A DNA stretch of 64,000 nt from Octopus vulgaris. Its lineage: Eukaryota. Shown here one piece after another: positions 55,905-64,000 of the stretch. The notes under the pieces were generated by a model that saw only the letters and a program-made list of their open reading frames with translations, searched no databases and was not told where the DNA came from. The position numbers and the translations under genes are program-made. Position 1 is the stretch's first letter. The number at the start of each line of letters is the position of its first letter. The DNA lies in the NCBI GenBank assembly GCA_951406725.2, contig OX597817.1, forward strand, positions 23,684,001 to 23,748,000. Direction: 5' to 3'.

Positions 55905-56176
55905 GGAGGCGCAATGGCCCAGTGGTTAGGGCAGCGGACTCGCGGTCGTAGGAACGCGGTTTCGATTCCCAGACCGGGCGTTGTGTGTGTTTATTGAGCG
56001 AAAACACCTGAAAAACTCCACGATGCTCCGGCAGGGGGTGGTGATCCCTGCCGTACTCTTTCACCACTCTTTCTCTCTTTCTTCTGTTGGCCTGCTCGCT
56101 TAGCCAGCGGGGTGGCGTCATTCGAAGGCTAAAACAATGCGAACGCAACATCTGATGGTCTGTTCGGTCACGTGAT
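55905..56176 (+). mobile_element. SINE family C, tail type 2
   Basis: Same head as 15051, but tail ttcttctgttggcctgctcgcttagccagcggggtggcgtcattcgaaggctaaaacaatgcgaa. Confidence 0.9.
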
Positions 56177-57266
56177 ATATATAGTTAGAGGAAATATAAT
56201 TGTGTGTAGTTGGGTTATGGACGAAATTTATGTGCTGGAGGTGTAGAAACTTGAATTGTTTCGCTGTAAACCAATGATGGGGTTGACTTGATGGTATGCA
56301 CATTACACTCATATGTTATTATTGGTTAACAATCTGGAGCTTAGGGAACAGCCACTTGAATTTGTTGTTATTATATGTAAGGCCATGTTTAAATATCAAT
56401 TGCCTCTCTTTTTATCTAAATAATATCGTAATTCTCGAAATATTGATCAACAGGATTTCTGTAAAAAAAATCAGCGAAGTAACAAGCATTAATTATCACG
56501 AAATCAATATTTTGAGTCTTACATTAGCTCTCTTCTAAGGAAAAATCTCATCCAAATAATTGTATATTTCATTTTAATTTTAGCAAACTTAACCTTTCAA
56601 TTTCTATTACAACACCAGAAAACTGATAATGTAATTAGCAATATTCCCGAATAAAGAAATATAACGTTATCGCTAATAAATACGTATTCAAAATTGAATA
56701 CTAGCTAAAACTCAACCGTTGTTTTTTTTTTATCCGTTGTTCATAATTCAAAATAACTTGTATAAAATATTTTCTTTTAACATGTACTCATTCTAGCTGA
56801 TAATATAATTGGTTATTACATTACATATTAGATAGATCGCTATGACCTTCGACTGTATGCATTTAAGCCAATTGACATTTGCATCGTTATGAATATCAGC
56901 CAAATCTGCTCATATGGGACCTCGCTGCAATTTTGAGCTATAGGCACACACTGCCTTTCTAAATTATATTGTATAAGAAGTGAGAAAAATGGAACAGTTC
57001 CGTCAGATAAAAGGAAGCCAGTGAGCTCCAGTGTTAACTGGACAAGAAATCAGGCTGAACCATTGCTTTAGATGACAAAATGAAGTCATTCCTTGAACGG
57101 AAGATAACGACAGTCGGTGAGTTTTTTTCAGTGTCGTGAATTTCCCATCAGCTCAAACAAAGAGGATAAAAAATGCATCGACGATAAAATTAGAAAGCAG
57201 CAAGTAACTAGAATGACGTATATGTGTTATTCACGTGGTAAGTTACTAAAAGAAATGTAAGTGAAA

Positions 57267-57663
57267 GGCGGCGAGCTGGCAGAAACGTTAGCATGCCGGG
57301 CAAAATGCTTGGCGATATTTCGTTTGTCGTTACGTTCTGAGTTCAAATTCCGCCGCGGTCGACCTTGCCTTTCATCCTTAAGTACCAGTTACGCACTGGG
57401 GTCAATGTAATGGACTTAATCCCCTTGTCAGTCCTTGTTTGTCCTCTCTGTGTTTAGCCCCTTGTGAGCAATAAAGAAATAGGTATTTCGTCTACCGCTA
57501 CGTTCCGAGTTCAAATTACGCCGTGGTCGACTTTGCCTTTCATCCTTTCGGGGTCGATTAAATAAGAATCAGTTGCGCACTGGGGTCGATGTAATCGGCT
57601 TAATCACTTTGTCTGTCCTTGTTTTCCCCTCTTTGTTAAGTCCTTTGTGGGCAATAAAGAAAT
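57267..57663 (+). mobile_element. SINE family B, partial tandem dimer within one TSD
   Basis: A full unit to ~57481, then a second unit starting internally at ggtatttcgtct. TSD aagaaatgtaagt at 57250-57262 and 57664-57676. Confidence 0.88.
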
Positions 57664-57768
57664 AAGAAATGTAAGTAGAATACGTGGCATAGCAAACATT
57701 TCATTGACCCAAGATGACAATTGTGATTATGCAGTGTCTACTTTAATGAAATATAAATGACAGAGGGT

Positions 57769-58124
57769 GGAGGCGCAATGGCCCAGTGGTTAGGGCAGCG
57801 GACTCGCGATCGTATGACCGCGGTTTCGATTCCCAGACCGGGCGTTGTGAGTGTTTATTGAGCGAAAACACCTAAAAGCTCCACGACGCTCCGGCAGAGG
57901 ATGGTGGTGATCCCTGCTGTATTCTTTCACCACAACTTTCTCTCACTCTTACTTCCTGTTTCTGTTGCACCTGTATTTCAAGGGGCCGGCTTTGTCACTC
58001 GCTGCGTTAAGGGTGCACGTGTCTGTGGAGTGCTCAGCCACTTACACGTTAATTTCACGAGCAGGCTGTTCCGTTGATCGGATCAACCGGAACCCTCATC
58101 GTCGTAACCGACGGAGTGCTTCCA
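57769..58124 (+). mobile_element. SINE family C, tail type 1, with a 12-bp TSD
   Basis: TSD atgacagagggt at 57757-57768 and 58132-58143. Confidence 0.93.
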
Positions 58125-59126
58125 AAAATAGATGACAGAGGGTTGCGATGAAACATTTGCCAGCATTTAGTAACAATGTTTGCAGGTTTTAAGAATAGTT
58201 CTGTATGTCGTATTCTTAGGAAAACTGATATTGATGAGCTGGTGCATATACCAACGCGGCTAAAAAATAATAATAAAAATCCTTGTAGAACGTCCAGCCG
58301 TTACATAGAAATTTGAATGTCGTCAGGATTTTATTTTTGGCTTCAATGAATTACGGTTATAATCGAAGAAAATGCATTAAAGAGCTTATATCGATATTGC
58401 AAAGTGTCTGCACTAAGAATTTGGCAACATTTCCGAATCGTTATTTGATAGTAATGATTAAGACATTTTGTTATTTAACCTAATGTTATTCTACACATCA
58501 GAAAATCCCGTACTTCATTCGGTTAAAGAAATTACGATTACTGGTCTACAGGAACTCAAACAAAGGGCATAGGCCACAAAGAATTTTTTCTAATAATTTT
58601 CGCACTCTTATATTCGACTTGCGCACTGGGAAAGATTTATCACACAAAGCTAATCTTCCGTTAGACACAACGCTTCTGGCAATCATGTTCATCATGTTGA
58701 TCTTAGTATTTTGATAGGTAGATAGATAGAAAGCATTATAGAAAGCAACGTGTTGAAGACAAATATTCTGTTGAAAGTTGTCGATACCACTGACGTTTAC
58801 AAATGCGCTGCCGGGAATTTTTTCTCCGACTATAACCTTATTCATGCAGGACTTTAATTAAAAGTTTCTCCATTTATATACTAGTTAATTATCTCTCTCT
58901 TCTGTATGACTTTTGAAATATTCGAATAACCACGTCGAGTCACACAAGTAATATTTTCTTTTTCATTATCAAATGCTAATTTGTGCATGTATGTATGTAT
59001 GCATACATGTTTTTATGTATATATAAATATATTTTAAATAAATCTATATAAATGTATGTGTCTGTGCATATATTATGTATAATTTATACATACATAGGCA
59101 TACACATACATGTTCATACAAATATG

Positions 59127-59162
<36 letters not shown>

Positions 59163-59263
59163 CTAATGTTTGTTATGCTTACGTATAAAAACTAGTCTAA
59201 CATTAATTGCAGAGTAACCGTTGGAAAACCGATTATAGCAGTGACTAGATCAATTCCTAGCGA

Positions 59264-59301
59264 AATCTGAAGAAGGAAGTTTTGTATTCCGAAATATTAT
59301 T
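59264..59301 (+). ncRNA. Minimal hammerhead-like motif in a (TA)n-flanked cassette (~59160-59411)
   Basis: aat-CTGAAGA-A-GGAA gttttgta TTCC-GAAAT-ATT-att: intact core, 4-bp stem II, loopless stem III. Confidence 0.55.
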
Positions 59302-59640
59302 ATTATTATATCAGTCTATGGGTAATTAAATTATAACTGTTATTATAGTCCACTCTGCATTGTTGTACCATTCAAGACACGCTAAATTTTATTAATTGAA
59401 GAATCAACCACATATATATATATACCAATTGAGGACTGAACACGAAAAGTGGACAGTCAACATGCTAGATATAGATGTCAAATCGTCATTCTCCACAAAA
59501 TATTATGTTCTCAAGTCAAACTCAGCACAATCTTCGGATTCTTTTTAATATGCTAGACCACTGGTTTTAATTGATAAATATTGATTTCTACCCTTAATTA
59601 ATTTTATACACATATATATATATATATATATATACGCACG

Positions 59641-59683
<43 letters not shown>

Positions 59684-59684
59684 T

Positions 59685-60500
59685 AAAAGCGCTAAGCAGT
59701 GATATGCAAGTATAAAATTGCAACCAGTTCAAATATACCTGAGACATATACAAACCAGAGTAAAACCCATTCATTGCATTTTGTCATGAAGAAAAATTCT
59801 CGATGTATGACAAACAGATGTCAGTTCGCATAACCCTCTACGAAGATCGATGTCTACAGCCACAAGTTATCTTTATAGCCACAGGCAGTGAATGACTATC
59901 TCACGGGAATCGCTTTGTCTCAAACTTATTTGAACTGGTACCAAGTATACATTTATATACGTCACTGCTTAGCGCTTCTAGCCTGTATTTTACGGCCAAG
60001 CCGCCTATTAGCACAAACAGTCACAGTTATTTGACTGGAATATAATAAGAGGGACCTGATCTTACTTTGTCAGTTCTATCACAAAATGCATGGAATTTCT
60101 TTGTCAGAGGTTCGAATGTGTCTAGATAGAACATTTTACAAATGGTAACAAGTTACTATTTGTACATATCACCTCATAGCGCTATTAATTTTCATTTTTA
60201 CATTATTACAGCCGGGCCACCAATTAGGGCAACCAGTTACAGTTTATTGACTTGCATATAATAAAAGAAACCTGGTCTTTCCTTCTCGTTTCGTAGCGCC
60301 TCTTTTTCCAATATTTGATACGAAAGAGTAGATAACTATTTCGAATGCATGCATCTATAGACTCCCCAACTTGGTGTGTTTTCACCTTTTTTTACCACAG
60401 CTAGAACTCTTCTCTATGACAAAATGTTGTGAACAGCTTTCTGATGGGTTCGAATATGTCTCAAGTATATTTGAACCAGTACCAAGTTTTCATATATATA
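59685..60500. repeat. Old ~200-bp repeat: one inverted copy plus three direct copies
   Basis: agcgctaagcagtga..accagttcaaata..tgagaca (59688-59750) is the reverse complement of 59912-59975. Direct paralogs at ~60075-60288 and ~60410-60495. Confidence 0.65.
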
Positions 60501-60574
60501 TATGTAACTACGTGTGGATTGTTGGTGATTTTTTCCTCCGTCTTTCTTTTCTCTTAGACTTTACTCTACCTTCA

Positions 60575-60609
60575 GTTTCTGAAGACGTGCTTTGCCCGAA
60601 ACGTTAAAC
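60575..60609 (+). ncRNA. Minimal hammerhead-like motif in a (TA)n-flanked cassette (~60510-60710)
   Basis: gttt-CTGAAGA-C-GtGC ttt GCCC-GAAAC-GTT-aaac, with stem I gttt/aaac. Confidence 0.6.
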
Positions 60610-60738
60610 ACCCTCTCTTTCCATTCCTGAGCGTCTTATTAAAACTTGCATGTACCATGTCCTCGCGTTGTTGTTTTTTCCTTGTATTTTTTCTGCATTT
60701 TTTGGATTAATTATATATATATATTTGTGTGTGTGTGT

Positions 60739-61028
60739 GGAGGCGCAATTACCCAGTGGTTAGGGCAGCTTAATCGCGGTCGGAGGATCGCGGTTTCAAT
60801 TCCCAGACAGGGAGTTGTGTGTGTTTATTGAACGGGAATACCTAAAGCTCCACGAGGCTGCGGCAGAGGGTTGTGGAGATCCCTGCTGTACTTTGTCGCC
60901 ACACCTTTCTTTCACCCTTTCTTCTGTTGGCTTACTCGTTTAGCTAGCGGGGTGGCGTCATTTGAAGGCTAAAACAATGCGAAGCGCATTGTGACCAGCC
61001 TGGTCGGTGACGGTGACGGTGACGGTGA
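60739..61028 (+). mobile_element. SINE family C, tail type 2 (diverged)
   Basis: Matches 55905-56176; ends in (ggtgac)n. Confidence 0.88.
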
Positions 61029-61264
61029 TATATATATATATATATATATATATGCTCGCACACGAGTAAGCATATAAATGCATAACTAAGTGGGAAAAAT
61101 CGCGATTGAATACCTACGGTAGAGTTCTATGTTTTATCAATGCTGTAACGCCTTCACAAACTGTTACTCAGAGTTTCACAGTAATCATCAGAAATGTCCG
61201 AAGAACGGGAACGTGAAACTGAGCAATGGTTTCGTGAAGATTTTCCAGCTTTAATAAAAGTATA

Positions 61265-61470
61265 TACTTTTTTACTTTTTTACACTTTTGGTCGTTTAAG
61301 TCAGTTGACTGCGGGCATGCTGGAGCAACGCCTTCAGTCGAACAAATCAACCCCAGAACCTATTCTTTGTAAGCTTAGTACTTATTCTATCGTTTCCTTT
61401 TGGCGAACAGCTAAGTTACGGTTGCCAAGCGATGGTGAGGAACAAACACAGACACACAAACATATGCATA
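61265..61470 (-). mobile_element. SINE family A, 3' half
   Basis: gactgcgggcatgctggagcaacgcc...tacttattctatcg. Confidence 0.8.
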
Positions 61471-61546
61471 TACATACATATATGTGTGTGTATGTGAGTG
61501 TGTGTATGTGTGTTTGTGTTTGTATATATATATATATATATATATA

Positions 61547-61766
61547 TTACTCTCTTTGACTTGTTTCAGTCATTTGACTGCGGCCATGCTGGCGCACCGC
61601 CTTTAGTCGAGCAACTCGACCCCGGAACTTATTCTTTTGTAAGGCCAGTACTTATTCTATCGGTCTGTTTTGCCGAACCGCTAAGTAACGGGGACATAAA
61701 CACACCAGCATCGGTTGTCAAGCAATGCTAGGGTGACAAACGCAGACACACAAACACACACACGCA

Positions 61767-61804
<38 letters not shown>

Positions 61805-61972
61805 CGTATATATGACGGGCTTCTTTCAGTCTCCGTCTACCAAATCCACTCACAATGCTTTCGATCCGAAGCTATAGCAGAAGACACTTGCCCAAGGTGC
61901 CACGCTGTGGGACTGAACCCGGAACCATGCGGTTGGTTAGCAAGCTACTTAACACACAGCCCCTTCTGAGCC
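61547..61972 (-). mobile_element. SINE family A
   Basis: Reverse complement of the consensus. Confidence 0.9.
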
Positions 61973-61980
61973 TATATGTA

Positions 61981-63157
61981 TACGATATGGTATTAAAAAG
62001 CTAGAGCAGTAATTATGTAGGGCACTAACAACTGACATCACATGATTGTGTGCGCAGTGAGAGCTAGCCGTGATCTTTATGAGGCAATGTGTAGAGTGAC
62101 ATCGCTGTTTTTTACTTTGCAAGTCGTGGTGTTTGTGTTTTTTTGATCACTTGTAGGTTGTAGTGTGCGATTTTGTCATCGCAGGAATAAAGATCCAACG
62201 TGAAATTTCGTGTTAAACTCGAGAAATCTGCTGCAGAGACATTGAGCACGCTTTGGGAAGCTTACAGCGACGAGGCAAATGGCTGTACGAAATGTTTCGA
62301 GTGGTACGGGTGTTTCAAAGGCGAAATAACATGCCTGGACGACGATGTGCGATCTGCAAGACCCGTCACAAGCATTAAGTACGGAAATGTGGTATTATGC
62401 ATCGAAGGCGGCAAACTGGCAGAATCGTTAGCACGCCGGGCGAAATGCTTAGCGGTATTTAATCTGCCGCTACGTTCTGAGTTCAAATTCCGCCGAGGTC
62501 GACTTTGCCTTTCATCCTTTCGGGGTCGATTAAATAAGTACCAGTTACGCACTGGGGTCGATATAATCGACTTAATCCGTTTGTCTGTCCTTGTTTGTCC
62601 TCTCTGTGTTTAGCCCCTTGTGGGTAGTAAAGAAATAGGTATTATGCATCGAAAATTCGCCACACAGGTCCAGACTAGACAATCAATCGAGAGTCCTACT
62701 GCGAAGTTTTCAAGAGATTTAGGAAAGACATTTGGCGAAAGGGAATGGATCTGAGGCGCGCGAATTATTTGATTTTCTCCGAAGACAATACACTCTGCCA
62801 CCGAGATCTCCTCACTCGTGAGTTTCTCAAAAAAGCATCATGGTTTCGCTTTTGCACTCGCTTTATTCGTCAGATTTACAGCTGCGCACTTCCGTCTCTT
62901 CTCGAAGAAGAAAATACAGCTCAAAGGTCGCTGTTTTAATCCCGTTGTCAAGATCCGGAGAGAATCGCAGAAAGTGCTCAACTCGCTTATGGAAAAGAAC
63001 TTCCAGGCTGGATTCCAAAAGTGGCAGAATCGCTGGGGCTGGTTTGCTGCTGAGCAAGGTGATTATTTCGATGGAGATGACGTCAAAAATTAGATTAAAA
63101 AATTGTTTGTTTTTGTTAAACATGACAAATTTGAGGACCTTCTGAGAGCACCTCCTA
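61981..63157 (+). mobile_element. Mariner deletion-derivative (same family as 8084-8974), interrupted by SINE B
   Basis: Colinear with 8084-8974: gcagtgagagcta in the 5'UTR, KSAAETLSTLWEAYSDEANGCTKCFEWYGCFK, KIQLKGRCF..FQAGFQKWQNRW..QGDYFDGD. TIRs degraded. Confidence 0.9.
62407..62637 (+). mobile_element. SINE family B with a perfect 16-bp TSD
   Basis: TSD ggtattatgcatcgaa at 62391-62406 and 62638-62653. Confidence 0.95.
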
Positions 63158-64000
63158 TATATAAATATATATAGGAAAAATAAGACAAGGTAGAAAATAC
63201 TAAAATAATGTTTATCTTGAAGAAAATTTTAGTCCCCGTTTTTAGGCTTTGCGACATTTTCAACTTACAGTAAAGCATGAAAAAACTATAAATTGTGGAA
63301 AAATTAAATGAAATATATTGCTATTTTAATATTTCCATAGTTTTCAAATTCAAGGGACATATTCCCTTATTTCTGTCTGCCTCTGTCTCTCTTTTTTTTA
63401 CTCATATTGGTAAAACTTTAAAGTGATAATGATATATTAATTAATTAATTAACGGGAGATGGATTCGATATTAAATCTTTATTGGGTACATTTAAACACA
63501 CTAATCGACTTATATTTATTTGCCCTATTATTATCATTATTATCATTATTATATGTATGTATATATGTGTATATATTTATACATACATATGAACATATAT
63601 ACATATCTATGGACGCACACACACACACGACCTTTTCTCTTTTACTTCTTTCAGTAATTGGATTTGAGCATTCTGACCCACGCATTGACACCCGTACTTG
63701 ATCTATATCTGGTAATTATTTTATCCTCCACATTTGACGAACATTTATGTAGCAGAGATGGGGCGAAAATACACTAACACTAGTTGTCAAGTGATGAGGA
63801 GCACACACTCAAGTACATATGCATACTATGTCCATATACATGTATATGTGCTTGTGTGTGTGTGTGTATGTGTGTGTGTGTGTATGTGAGCGTGTGTGTG
63901 TGTGCTTCTGTAAGTGCGTGCACACAGAAGAAATTGGGATAGGGAAAATCCATGATACGTATGGATTGAGGTAGGACTTTAAAGTGGTAATGATAGAGTT

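Noticed and set aside
58546-58845. 99-aa non-repetitive ORF (MNKVIVGEKIPG...)
   Set aside because: No recognisable domain and no clear splice signals. Possibly decayed TE; a blastx search would be needed.

Overview
Non-coding, very AT-rich eukaryotic DNA with no recognisable host-gene exon (intergenic or inside a large intron). It is dominated by microsatellites and transposable elements. The tRNA-headed SINE families and the dense (TA)n/(AAT)n/(CAT)n landscape suggest an octopus (coleoid cephalopod) genome; this is an inference. Contents: (1) four tRNA-derived SINE families, about 28 copies, several with clear target-site duplications (TSDs); (2) five decayed Tc1/mariner elements; (3) two Helitron Rep/helicase relics and one small non-autonomous Helitron; (4) eight fragments of R4/Dong-type restriction-like-endonuclease (RLE) LINEs, most of them embedded in (TAA)n tracts; (5) a MULE-type MITE; (6) a near-perfect 385-bp palindrome. 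The most interesting signal is a set of short non-coding cassettes, mostly unrelated in sequence, wedged between (TA)n or (AAT)n tracts. Each carries a minimal type-I hammerhead-ribozyme-like fold with covarying stems, including U3-A8 compensated cores. This is consistent with microsatellite-targeting Penelope-like/retrozyme mini-elements. Nearly all ORFs in the supplied track are microsatellite read-throughs or TE debris. All alignments were done by eye, and ends without a TIR or TSD are approximate.
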